Part shown: one piece after another, positions 23,617-35,967 of the stretch
Layout of the letters: every line of letters starts with the position of its first letter
Position numbering within the stretch: the stretch's first letter is position 1
Source: Amoebophrya sp. A120
Lineage: Eukaryota; Protista; Dinoflagellata
Length of the DNA stretch: 64,000 bases
Assembly (NCBI GenBank): GCA_905178155.1
Contig: CAJINV010000010.1
Span: 2,934,587 to 2,998,586 of the forward strand
Direction: 5' to 3'
Notes under the pieces: model-generated
Database searches by the model: none
The model's input: the letters and a program-made list of their open reading frames with translations, nothing else
Told to the model about the DNA's origin: nothing
Made by a program: the position numbers and the translations under genes

Positions 23617-26600
23617 TCATCGACGTAAAACCTGGCTCCGCAAAAGCGACAGCTCCGCTTCCCGGGTTTGGATCAACTTATCCAAAGAACCCGAGACAGA
23701 AGCATGCTCAGTTGTGGTTTTGTTACCTTCGTTCTGAAAACTTCTCACAACCTCGAGGTGCGGCTGAGAAAGCTTCGACCCTTCTTGTTGCTGTTGGCCA
23801 GCACAACTCCTAATCTGTCCCAGCTCCCTAACGTCGGTTTTCGCACTCTTCTTTTGCTCGCAGCTGCTATCCCTGCTGTCCTGCTCCATGTAGTGAACGT
23901 GAGTCTGCGGCCCGGGAACAGACCGATGACGCACTTCCTCCGGAAGAAGTCCTCTCGACTCGGACTCTAGTTGTACAACAAGCGCTGAAGCTGATCCTGC
24001 TGCTGCAACATGGGGCTGAATTTGAGAAGATTTACCTGCAGAACCGGCCTCTCTCGTAGTGTCGTAGCCGCCGCCACACCTTCCTCCGTTTTCCTCAAAA
24101 TACCCTTCCAGCTCCACGTTTCTGCGGTACATATTTGCGACTAGGGAGTATGCAGGTGGAGAAAAGTATTTTAGTTGAGTCCTCAACCACGATACTGAAA
24201 GATGAACACCAGGACATTCACGAGCTTGTGCGTACTGTTTTTGCGCAGAAATTCCGTCTTTATTACGAGGTCTCGAGGATGATGCCTGAACCTGGTCTTC
24301 TCGTTCTTTCTCATCATGCAAGCATTGGCACTTCTGGTTGAATCATATCTGTAGTTTGTGATTTGACTCAACAGATGAAGCTGTTGATGTAATTGCTTGT
24401 TCTACTGTGATAAAATTTTCATCAAATTGCTGCGCGGCCGCACAGGAGGTCCTGCTGTCGAAAGCATCAAGCGGCTGTTTCTAGATTTGGATTTGGTTGA
24501 GGTTGTACTGGTCATCCTCATCTCTTCTCTGCAGCTCGACCCGTAGTTCCTCGTGCTCGTTCCGTGATTCTGGGTCTCTTCTTCTTTTCCGGAAGTAGAT
24601 GAACAAGATGACAGGCTATTTTTGTAGTACTCGACGAGAAAAGCGTAGAAAAGGTACGGCTTGCTCTATGCAACGCAAAACTCACGCCCGCACACAGAAT
24701 CTCCTCGTTGTACTACAAGCACTTCTTGAGTAAGACAAAAACACGAGACGCTCTATCGAAAAGAGAGTCAGAGTGTGAAGTTCAATATTAAATCTTGTAA
24801 ATGACTGTATGCCATTCTTTTTCTTTGCTGTCCAGCATGACAAATTGCAATCGACGCGTTGCTTGCGGTGAAAGTGAGAGAAATGATTTCAAACAGCCAT
24901 ACGTGCCAGTGCGTCACCAAGTGGTCCCACAAGTAGAGCCAGTCGTGCTTATGCGTCAACAAGTTGCTGTATGAGAGTGCACAGCTCCCCCCCCCCCTCA
25001 TTTGTCATGCAAAATCGCAAATCCAGGCTGTGCCTGTTGGCACTGTTTGCGTGACAGGTTCTGGTAGCCCAAATAGCACTACACTCCAGTGGAAATTTGT
25101 CCTGCAGAGCCGGCATTTTTATTGATGCTTGTATTGCCGTTCATGATGCTACACAAATGAGGGGGAGGGGGAGTTGTGCACTGTCATATGCTACCGAGCT
25201 GTTGGCAAGACGGCAGGAAGTAATCATCGATCACAACGTTGTAGTTGCAGGACGAGTTCTTCTTGCGCGGTTCTTTGTCATGCCATTTTCGCACGACAGT
25301 AGAATCGGAATCGGCGACCTCTGAAGAACAAACTCCACGGGTGGATTCCTGCTCACGCGCTTTTTGCAACATCAACGAGTTGTATAGCTCCGGTTCGCGG
25401 TCCCGGAGATAGCCATCGATATCAACTGCAAAAGTGTCTGGGTCTGGAAGAATGCAAGATTTGTCATGCATATTTCTCATGACCCAAGATGCCTGTAATG
25501 CTTGACCTAGCATCGCAGACTTTTAGAGGGCTTTCCGATGCACGGTCCGCATGAGAAATGCCCTGTCCGTGTAGCAAAAACTGTACTCCTCTACTTGCTG
25601 GTCATCCATGCAATACAAATTTTTTTTACAGTTCAAAAACAGCATGACAAGTTGCAATCTTCCAGACCAAGACACTTTTGCAGTTGATAATCGAGGGTGA
25701 TGTGCAGAATATCGACCACAGCAGGACGAGGACCAGGACCCCCGGGAGGTCTCCAATTTCCACCTGAGCTGCTTACTGTACTTCGTGTAGTTCCTCCCTC
25801 GGTGCCAAACCACTCCAGTATGGGGTTCCCAAACGCTACATTCTCAACTGTTGCATGAGTTTGTCATGCAAAAGCACCATCATCATCCAAGCGATCAAGC
25901 TGCTTCGCATGACAAATTTGCCTAGGGCTAAACAGCGCCTAAATGATCAGTGCGGAATTTGTAATTCTACAGGCGCAATCTCCCCCATGTCAGTTTTCCC
26001 TTTCTTACATCAAAAATCCATGCAACAGTTAATGTAACAGTTGAGAACGCCATATCCAGCACACCGAACTTCTCACACACCATTTTCGCGACTTCGTAAG
26101 CCTATCAAATGCAAAAGTGTCTGGGTCTGGAAAAGTGCGCGATTTGTCATGCAGCTTTTCCATGACCCATGAGGTCTGGAATGCAGGACCTAGCATGACA
26201 GATTCTGTGCGGTCTCTCTCATGCCTATCCTGCATCAGAAACTCCCTCCCGACTTGGTCAAAACTGAACGACTTTTGGTAGTCACGCAACACAGATTTTT
26301 GCATGCTTCAGATTTAGCATGACAAGTTGCATTCTTCCAGACCCAGACATTTTTACATTTCATACAGCCAAGAAGGAGCTGTCTCCGAAAAGTTTCGCGA
26401 ACGGGAAGAGGAACCGCGGGAAATTGATATTGTCTACTTCTTCTTCACTACAGCACTTCAACGAACGTGTAGTTACGACACCACCGGAGTGGCTATTGTT
26501 CCTGCTGTTGGTGTGTTTTATCCTTTCAGCGTCGCTGGCGGAGGCAAGATGAGCTCGTCCGTTATCAGGAACAGCACGACCGTCGAATCTGTCATGCTGA

Positions 26601-29600
26601 AAGCAGATTAGAAGCGCGTGCAGCTTCTCATAGGTCGCGGCAGAGTGACCGGGGAACCGGGTCGCAAGCTCCGCGATGGTGGGTGTGGAGGCCGACGTAC
26701 CATCCTGTTTGTCATTTCTACGGCTGTTGTGGCCGTGGTGGTTGTCTTCGATTTCAGCGACCAGTTCTTCAAACCTCGGGTAGCTCTTATCGAAGTCTAG
26801 CTGCAGACAGGCAAGCCAGAACAGAGGGCGCATTTTCTCTGGGTACGACCCGTTTTTCAGCAGCAGCCGCTTGCAGAACAGCGGGATGTTGGTCGTGATA
26901 GATGATACATCTTCCACGTGGTCCTGCTCGTTGTCACCAACTATGCCAAGAACCGTTGAAGGCTGCTGCTGTTGTTGTACCGAAGCCGAGAAGTAAAAGT
27001 CCTCCAATCTGCTCCCCGCGTCATCCTCGTGACCACCACGAGGAAACACCAAACTCTCCCCGAATTGGAATTCATCATCGTGCATGGCGCCAGTGCTGTT
27101 CTTGGACCTTGTACCAGCAGAGGAACAAGTGACTCTTCTCATCCTGTGCGCCAATGGCCTGAGCACTTGTTTGCGAAAGAGCTCGGTGAACTCTTCTTGG
27201 GTGGTCAGGTACATATCGAATGTAAAAGTGTCTGGGTCTGGAAGAATGCAACTTGTGATGCTGTATTTAGATTCCAAAAAAATCTGTATTGCATGAGTAG
27301 CAAACGGAATGCAATTTTTGCGACGCTGAGAAGATACTTGTCATGCGGAATAGGCATGATCAAGAAGCCCTCAAAAAATCTGTATTGCTAGGGTATGCAT
27401 CACACACATCATGGCTCACGCACAACGTGCATGACAAGTGTCAGAATCTTCCAGACCCAGACACTTTTACAGTTGATAGTACACCCAGGGCGGCGGCGAC
27501 GGCGAGGACGCCGACGGCGGGGGTTTATTACGATATTTGGATGAGCCCGAAGATGTCACCGAGTGGTCCGCCCGGCTTCGTGACGCGTCTCCATGAAGAA
27601 CGCGTTCTGAGTCAACACTTCGCTTTCGTAGTACGCGCTCTTTTCTCGTCCTACCGCCCCCACCTTGCGATGCAGCATAGACGCGCCTTATCGCCAAGTT
27701 TCCCTTGCGAACTTCCTCTTCTGCAGCCTGTGCGACCTGTTTTTGCTTAGCCGACATATTAGTATTACGAGCTGATATAATTTCGTCTGCACCCAACGAA
27801 GAGAGGTCGCCAGATGCAGCTCCAACGCGACCTGGCGAGGTTTTCCTTGTTCCAAGTGGCGGAACTTGGTAAATCTCGGTCTGCGAATAGGAAAGGGAAT
27901 CATCATCACCGTCATCATCCGCTGCTTCAGGAGGTTGAGCTTGCAGATCCAGTTTTGCGGGAAATGATCCGTCCTTCTGTACTTCACCCAGGAGGCCACA
28001 ACTCCCTTCTTGCAACCGCAGCGCTCCGCTCGGACGAGAAGAAGAAGAAGAAGATGAAGCCGGAACCGGAGCCACGCCACGAAGCGGTAGATCGCAACCC
28101 AGGGTTTTCGACGCATTCTGCGCAGTACAACTGCGACTGTCAGGCTGACGCACACCAGGCTCAGGCGGCTTTCTCGGGGGAGAGGACCTTCTGTCATGCG
28201 CTGTGCTAGGCACTGCGTTGGGCTTGTTTCCTTTCGCGTTCCTACCCGCAGCTGCGGGGATCTGGATCCCGCCCAAGCTTTCACTTAACGACTGGTTTTG
28301 CGACTTCTCTAGAAGCAATCCGGATGAGCCGCCGCCTGTTGCACCGGCGTGGTGGAGAATGTGTTTGTCATCTTGATGTTTGAGGAAGCTGCTACTCATA
28401 GAAAGCATGCCAGATCCACTTCCAATTTGGTCGCTGGTCAAATCTTTGATCTGTGTGAAGTTGAAAGAGCTCAGCTGCATCTCCGTCAAAAGCCGGGAAG
28501 ATGATGTCGCGTCTACTGCTGTTTCCTCCTCTTGACCTTCTTGTCCTCTTTCGTGCGCATCGTGTTCGTGGTCACGACCTCCATCGACGAAAAAGCAGTG
28601 AGAATTATCCTCCTCGTGATGCAGGACCGTTGCTGGCGACGTAGACTGTGCCGCGCTGTTTTCATGCGAGAACCGTTCCGGCAAGAGTTTTCCATCGTCT
28701 GCAGGGGTCGTGTTGGCGTTCTTCACAACTTCGCCTTCGCACATAAGAACGGTGGTTGCGACTGAGGAGGGCGAGTACGAGTAGGACGGGACGACGTGGT
28801 GTGGTGGCAGTCCTGAGAACGACCCTTGGTCCTCTACTGGACCGAAGCCAAATGTTCTTGAGCAAGCACTGCTAGTATCCCAGATGTTGATACCAGGAGT
28901 CTCAGTCTCCAAACCTCCGCCATGGAGGGAAGTAGACAAGCTGGCACAACTACCCGTATCCTCTTCACACCCGTGGTCATCTTCACCCTCGTTCATGGTT
29001 GCTACACTCTGGATGAAATCGTCTTCGCCGAACGCGTATGAATTGCAAAAGTATCGCACTAGTATGAATTGCAATACCAAATATAGCCGCCGGGGCGGGG
29101 GTAGTGAGGTCGTGGGCGTTTTTTTGCCGGCCGCCGCCTTGGCCGCGGCTTTGCTTTTTCTGAGCTCGCCACACCGCCGTGAGTAACATTATGCCGCACG
29201 GCATGGCGGCCACTTGGGAAACGTCACAAATTTTGGCACATTTCCAAAATTCCTTTCCGAAAGCCAGTCCCGATTTTTCGCGTTTTTATTTTTCAAGCCG
29301 GCGCTTTTTGCAAAGCTTCCCAGGCTCTAAAACCGGCGAAAAGGCGGCCGCTTTCGCGGCCGCCCAAAATGCTCCAAAATCGCGGCCGTGCCATGCTGTT
29401 TCGCTGTTCTGATTTTGGGCGCGTTTTTTGCGCGCCCCTTTTTGGGCGCCCCAAATCGCCAGAAACTAAGGCGGCGGGCGTCTCAGAAGGGCGCCCCTTT
29501 TGCCGGCTCCCCTGCGTCGCTTTATCCAGTGCGAATCGATAGTTTTCGACCGGGCTTGTTTGTTGGCAAAGCCCCGGCCGCTTGATAATTCCAAATTTTT

Positions 29601-32600
29601 TATGTCCAAAAACGCTTCCGCCCGCTTGAAAACTGCCGGTCGTTTTTCACGGGAGCTGTCAAAAAAACTCCCTGGTTCGAACCGTTCGGTGACCTCACTA
29701 CATACAAATTGTCTCAGCATTTACCTTAACAACTAGATTTGTAATGCATGACTGCGATTACTACGAGCACGATACTTTTGCACAGTATAACGCGAATGAG
29801 CTGTCCTCCTGCACGACTGGCATTGTGTTCTTACTGCTTTTGCACGGCGGTGATGACGATCCTGCGACCGATCCAGGAGTACGATTTTTGCTCCATCCAC
29901 TTCGAACCGCTGTTCTACTATCGGAGGAAGTCGATGTCGTTGTAGACCTGGACCTGCGCCGTCCTGGGGGGCGGAAATGACTGTAGTCGCCCCCTTGTCG
30001 TCCCTGTCGGATCACACGTCGACCTCCACCAGCAACTCCAAGCAACTGCGCCCGCTGCCTCCGTTCCCGCGCTGCTTGTTGGAAGCACTTCGGCAAGTCA
30101 AGCAATTCAAAATTCCCGTTGCTTTTCAGAATCGTAATGTAGCGGGAGGGGTATGCCGAAGGAAAGAGCAAAGACGAAAGCGTAGTAGTTTTTTTTTCTC
30201 TCGTGTCGTGGTGCTATTGCGCACAGTCCGCGCTGTCCTTGGCGTAGATGTAACGATGCGGAAGGCATTCAAGCGTTGTGCTGTAGTACCTGTGGCACTG
30301 CACAACACGGCCTCCTGCACTCTAAAACTCTACTATGTCAGCTGCATTTCTGAGGAATATGAATTACAAAGCTGAGATGGACTCTGTGCTTTTTCCTCCG
30401 TCATAACACAGGATCAACGTCGAACCGAACGATGGGGGAGGAGGACGACGAGTGCGCGAGAAGACTCTGCCTGAAAGAGAGAGCAGGTATTGAAGATTCA
30501 GCCACTGAATTCTGAGTTTTGTTTCGATGATGGCAAGTTGTGGTGTCATGTCCACGGATAGACTGTATTCGTTTTTTCACAAAAGTGCAAACATGCGTGA
30601 CATCTCCACAGAATCAGAAGTTACTGAAAAGGCGACGGGGGGGATCTGTCTGCCTCACACTTTTTCAAAACTTCCAAAAAACTTTCCGCGATCTGTTTCC
30701 CGCCCTAAAATCATTCGCCCAATTTGGGGCGGGGAAAAGGCCGCAACAATCACACGGGCTGCGTGCTGCCAACACATGGCGCAAGAGCGTAGGAAGGTTG
30801 CCACGCTACCCGTCGCGCGCCCTGTGCTATGACATGGCCCGCCTCCCGGGCGGCGCGGCGCAGGGCCCAGCGGCCGCGGGGCCTCTCCTTTCCTCTCGGT
30901 CGTGGACCACATGAGAGGGGTCTCTCGGGTAATGCCAATCCTGCATCGCCCAGACAAAACAATCCCGGCCAAGGAACGAACATCCACAACCCGGCGCCGT
31001 GATGGCCCCCCCGGGTGCTGCCAAGTGTGCAAAAAAAGAAGCCGCGCAACCTCGCTCGGGCAACCCTCTATGGGGCCTGCGACAGGTGCCAGCCACACCT
31101 CGATGAAGGGTGGTAGACCCCGCCAAACCTCACGCGCCCGACGCCATCGTTCCCGAGAGCGCCAACAATTTCCCACAAAAAAAAGCCCCTGAACTTCGTG
31201 CACGCGAAGGTATGGCGCATGCACAGAAAAATGGGCACGCTCCAAGTTGGCCTCTCGCAACCTCGTGCACGCGACGGCACGGCCCTCCTGAGTGCCAGAA
31301 AAAAGACCCCGCCCAACTTCGTGCACGCGGCGATATGACCCTTCTGGGCGAGGCAGGATTTTGCGAAAAAAATGATTTTTCGAACCGAACGATGGGGGAG
31401 GAGGACGACGAGTGCGCAAAAAGACTCCGCCTGAGAAAGAAAATACGCACTGACTCAGCTACTGAATTTTCAGCTTTGTTTCGATGATGGCAAGTTGTGG
31501 TGATGTCATGACCCACAAATGAACTGCACTCGTTCCTTCGCAAAAGTATAAACATGCGTGACGTCTCCACAGAATGTAAGATTGTCTTTCTGTGCGTGCA
31601 GCCTACAAAACCTATAAAATTCATTTTGTATACCTGCTATCAATGCGGCTGCAAATCTCTTCTTGATCGGCATCTCCATCGGAGGTCGCGTTCGCGCCAG
31701 CTGGCTCCTCCATAATTCTCCTTCTACTTCCTTGCTTTTCGGCGATAAACAGTGCATCTTCGACGACGTCTTGGCTTCTACTCTCTTGACCAGAACTACG
31801 GCCGCTAGAGCGGATATTTGCCATGTCGCACCAGCTAGAAACCACCATCCCCTCACCGTCCATCACCAGTAGCACTTGCAAATTTTTCAGCCGCACCACA
31901 TACAGCCGCCCGTCGTCCGCGAGAAGGAAGCAAACGCTGTGCAGTAGAGGATCTACTTCTGGAGGGTGTAGCCGTGGGACTCCCCCTCCATCGTCAGCTG
32001 GTGCACCGTGAAGACCTCCATGCTGAGCAGAGCCACTAGGGAGGATAGCGTCTAGTTGTGCATTATTGCTGGTCACTGCCACCTGCCCCAGCTGCACTTG
32101 GACGACGGACTTTTGCAGCTTCCTCACTTGCCGGTGTTGATGCAGCTTTATTCCAGCCGTACTCCGCGCTGCCGCTTTGCAGCTGTTTTGCTTGCTGCCG
32201 TTGCTCGTAAAAATACCTGTGCCGCCAGACGCAGATGAAGCTGGAGCAGTTCTGGATGATCCCGATGCAGAAGACAGCACGAGCATCCGGTGCGTTGTGA
32301 CGAGCACGAGATACTTCATGTCTACCGCACAAAACTTCGCCACTTCCTGGTCAAACGGGGCCTCTCCTCGCCCACGACCTGTGAGGCTGTTTGATATGGT
32401 TCTCGATCGTGCTCGTGGTGCCTGAGCCTTTCGCCCACCATCTACATCATCTAGTTCAGGATCGCTCATTTCGTACACCGCATCGTCTCCAAAAGAGTCG
32501 TCAAACAGCAAGTCCACCCGGCCCTCAGCTTTCAAAATGGCTTTGCTCCTCTTCACCGCTCCGGTTTCACCACTCCTGGCGCAAGGTTTAATATTCAGGC

Positions 32601-33751
32601 CCAAAGTCGACGTCCGCCGATCGTGGTCCATCCGAAAAAGATTTCCGTCCTTGCACAGGATCCGCGCGCCATGTTGCTGATCGGCAGTCCTCCCTGCGAA
32701 CATAAATGGTCCACCGCCTAGAGAAAAAAACCCGTCGCAGAATAAATTTCCCCTCATGGGCGTCACGACTTGGAGTTTTTCCCAGCTGCCGACATCCCAC
32801 AAAACCGCGATGTCGGTCGAGAGGGAGAGTAAATACCCCCCGACGCTGGACACTCGCAGGCCGAAAATCGGCCGCTTGTGCACAGAGGTGCTGGAAGAGG
32901 TAGTGGTGGTAAAATTTGCGCAGGACGAGATTTTCGTAGCGTGGTTGACTACTACGCCAGACGCAGAGCTGGGAAAAGCGCGACTCGACGTATTAACCGC
33001 TTTCACATTCGTGCCAGTCGTGCGAACATCTACTCCCCCACCTATTCTCGCCGTCTCCTTCCGGCTGTCGACGGAAAAACAGCGTATGACGTTCCGGACC
33101 GCAACACAGATTTCCTCCACTTTGCGCCTCGTAAACTCGATGCAGTTGATTGGCAGCGAGTGCGGGTCGGATTTTATTAACGTTTGGTAGCGATTCCCCT
33201 TCAGGTAAAACAGCACCACGCCGCCCTTGCGGTCCGACGTCGCGAGCACTATCCACAAAAAAAGGTAACCCATCCCCATCCACTGACTTTGTCATGCAAA
33301 ACATGCATCTAATCCAGTGTCTGTCATGCAAAAAATGGATGTGGATGGGTGTTTCTTCCAAGATAAGCACAGACCCGTCTCCATTGAATTTCAGATCTGT
33401 GAATGGAGCGGTTGTAGAAGAAGATGTCCTTGAAGAAGATGATGTAGATGTTGCGCTGTCGCCGGCGCTCTTGGACACTTTACTTCTGCCTGGTGGCGCA
33501 CCAGACGAACACGAAGTTATTACGGCGTTCCCAGCTTCCAGAAGGCAGTACGGGCGGCTACGATGCTGGCGACCGTGGTTAGTATTTCTGATGCTGCTTG
33601 TACTGGAAAGAGTCGACCACGTGGATGAGCCGGTCGTGGTGGCCTCGGCGGGCGGCAGGCCGTGACTCGTCTGACTCCCTCGTGAAGATCCACCAGCGAA
33701 AATACGCCCACCGTATCCATTGTGCACGGACAGAAACTCGGCCACTACCAT
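23617..33751 (-). CDS. TBC1D31: TBC1D31/WDR67-like protein (WD40 repeats, Rab-GAP TBC domain, coiled-coil-like tail), possibly disrupted
   Basis: WD40 part: LATSDRKGGVVLFYLKGNRY, RRKVEEICVA, HKRPIFGLRVSSVGGYLLSLSTDIAVLWD. TBC part: KRLLLKNGSYPEKMRPLFW, FPRFLFPFAKLF, DWLYLWDHL. These resemble TBC1D31 from memory. Frame breaks near 30190 and 31620 and stops at 24481 and 24343 are unresolved. Confidence 0.7.
24970..25188. mobile_element. Introner family G (TBC1D31)
   Basis: TATGAGAGTGCACA..CCCC TIR; DR TGCTG/TGCTA. Confidence 0.87.
25420..25689. mobile_element. Introner family A (TBC1D31)
   Basis: Family A TIR; DR ATCGA/ATCGA. Confidence 0.92.
25819..26054. mobile_element. Introner family F (TBC1D31)
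   Basis: TATGGGGTTC...GAACGCCATA; DR TCCAG/TCCAG. Confidence 0.88.
26103..26364. mobile_element. Introner family A (TBC1D31)
   Basis: Family A TIR; DR AAGCC/CAGCC. Confidence 0.9.
27214..27478. mobile_element. Introner family A (TBC1D31)
   Basis: Family A TIR; DR GTACA/GTACA. Confidence 0.92.
29037..29789. mobile_element. Introner family E enlarged by an internal insertion (TBC1D31)
   Basis: Family E ends; DR ACGCG/ACGCG; 753 nt against about 150 nt for other family E copies. Confidence 0.85.
29101..29701. mobile_element. GC-rich MITE-like element nested in the introner
   Basis: 11-bp inverted ends GTAGTGAGGTC/GACCTCACTAC; non-coding. Confidence 0.55.
33250..33365. mobile_element. Short introner family H (TBC1D31)
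   Basis: TATC...GATA; DR AGCAC/AGCAC; joins GDGSVL|ATSD. Confidence 0.87.
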
Positions 33752-34200
33752 TTTCGCTTCTCAGCAGAAGGTTAGCCTTAGCTGCAGGAGGAAAAGGTGG
33801 AATTCGTTCATGTAGTTCGAGGCGGAGTTGCCAGGAAGAAGAAGAGTAAGGGATGGTTGTATGGTTGTATAAAAATAAAGGGAGGGATCCACGTCTACTG
33901 GAACAAACTCACACGACTTCCTCTGGCGTCCAGTACGTCTTGTTGCAGCTACGAAATCATGATCTACCGCGGGCACGACTTGTGCTGCCTTTACGCACAT
34001 TTTGAGTAGTCGTGAGAAGCGACAGCACATCAAAAGCAAATCAAAATTTGGATCCAGTTTGAGTTTGCTTTTCGTTTTTTAATTTTTTTGTAGCTGCAGC
34101 GCAGAAAAAGAAAAACAGACAACTCGGCAAAACTTATTTGCTTGGAATCAGGAAAAAAGAGTAGCCCACGCAAGAAAACCCTTATTTGCAACATTCGCGA

Positions 34201-34468
34201 TTCGCTCTGCTTTTTTGCCAAAGAAATACCGCTGGACTGCGAGCGCTTCAAAATCGGTTTTTCCCCTAGCAATGCATCTTGGTGCAGCTCTAGTTGATGT
34301 ACTCAGTGGCTTAATACAGGTGCTTGTTCGCTCTGCAGCTTTTTTGCCAAAGAAATACCGCTGGACTGCGAGCACTTCAAAATCTGTTTTTCCCCTGCTA
34401 GTTCCTAGCAATGCATTGCATCATCTTGGTGCAGCTCTAGTTGATGATGTACTCAGTGGTTTAATACA
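34201..34468. repeat. Intergenic tandem duplication (about 125-140 bp x2)
   Basis: TTCGCTCTGC..TTTTTTGCCAAAGAAATACCGCTGGACTGCGAGC occurs twice. Confidence 0.85.
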
Positions 34469-35967
34469 TAGAAAGTAAAATCCCAAAGGGAAGTTTAGGT
34501 AGAGCACTGTAGCAAGGCGAACTGAGAATTGAAGCGTGCACGTCCTGTAGTGTGAGTTGAAATGTTGAAGCGGACATCCTAAATGAAATCTAGCTAGAAA
34601 TAGGCGCAGGTCTAGCTAGAAAGTGGTTTAATACAGGATCTTGTTGAGGCTTTATGCAGCTTCATATTCCACACAGAGAAATAAGCAAGGACCACCCCGC
34701 TCGCGAACAAAAAACTCACGACGAAAACAAAGCGCTGGCGTGCTATCAGGAACCCGGAACATCCGCACAGTGCCCGTGCTGCCCAAGAACAGGGTATTTT
34801 AGAAGAAGGAGCTCCTGTTCTTGTCCCCATTCATCATGCGATGCGTTTTCTTGAAGATACTTCTTGTGAAATATATCCACTTCCTCTTGCATTCATGTCG
34901 CTGTGTCGTGCTTATGAGAAGTTGCGTTTCATACAATACATTTTTTCATACTCTTCGCCTATTCTTGTCGTCCTTCTTGTAATATCGACGCATCCCGGTC
35001 GTCGCGCGTTCGGCTGCGAAGGAAACAAAAGTCGTTGACTATGTATCTTCTATACGTTGTTTCATAGTTGTTGCCTCTCGGGTTCTTGCTACAACAGATC
35101 CCTAACTGTCAGGAGCTTCTCTAATGATCTCTGCGCTTGGAGGTATAATCCTAGGTAGTGTTTGTCCTGCTCCTGCCTGGTCCTGCAACAGCACAAATGA
35201 AAATCTGTCCTGAGTGCCGTCCAGTTCTAGTCGGTGTAACTCGAATAAATTCGAGGTTGGAAAATTTACAGAGGCTACTATACTTGTTTGTCATCGCAAC
35301 TACACCGAACTTCCGCTATTAAAGGACGCCGATATAATATTCTGTATCACATTTGTTCACATCAAACTGGTTGCTTTATTCCTATGTCGAGGGTGGTACT
35401 TGTGCAGCTGCTGCTGATACCGTCATCTCCAGGGTTGTCTATTGCTATTCGGGGTAAAGAAACAAGATAGATTTTTTTCTGCTAGATTGGTAATGTCGAT
35501 ATGATCCACCACGGCCAACAGCGTCTGATGTTCGATATTCCCCGCAACTACAGGGCGATCAGACAACTGGTAGTCGCAAGATGGTTCTTTTGTCCTCAGA
35601 AGAGGACGAATAATCCGACTTCGTTAGGTATGAAGATCATAGCAGCAATTATCTTCAAAGCGAAAAAGGAGCGGGGGGTCGTACCGCATCTTCGCATTCG
35701 CTGTTGAAGACAAAAGATGCAATGCTATTGGGAAAAAACTTTGGAATACGTTTTTCAAAGTTTTGGAAAAAATCTGTCCTCTGCTACAACTTTTCCTCCG
35801 CTTGACCAAATCTATCAAAAATATTGCTTTTGATTGTGCTTTTGCAATTGTTGGACATCTTGCATATAGAATTTTTGTTTCAGTTTTGGAGATGTAAAAA
35901 AGGTTTCATGTAGTGATTTTAGGGTCTGTTCATATTGATATTGATAAACTGATTTCCATTTCCCATT

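Noticed and set aside
4878-27750. Many short ORFs with recurring peptides (CKNVWVWK, LPDPDIF, FQTQTF, KMSGSGR)
   Set aside because: These are translations of the family A introner TIRs in different frames, not a protein family.
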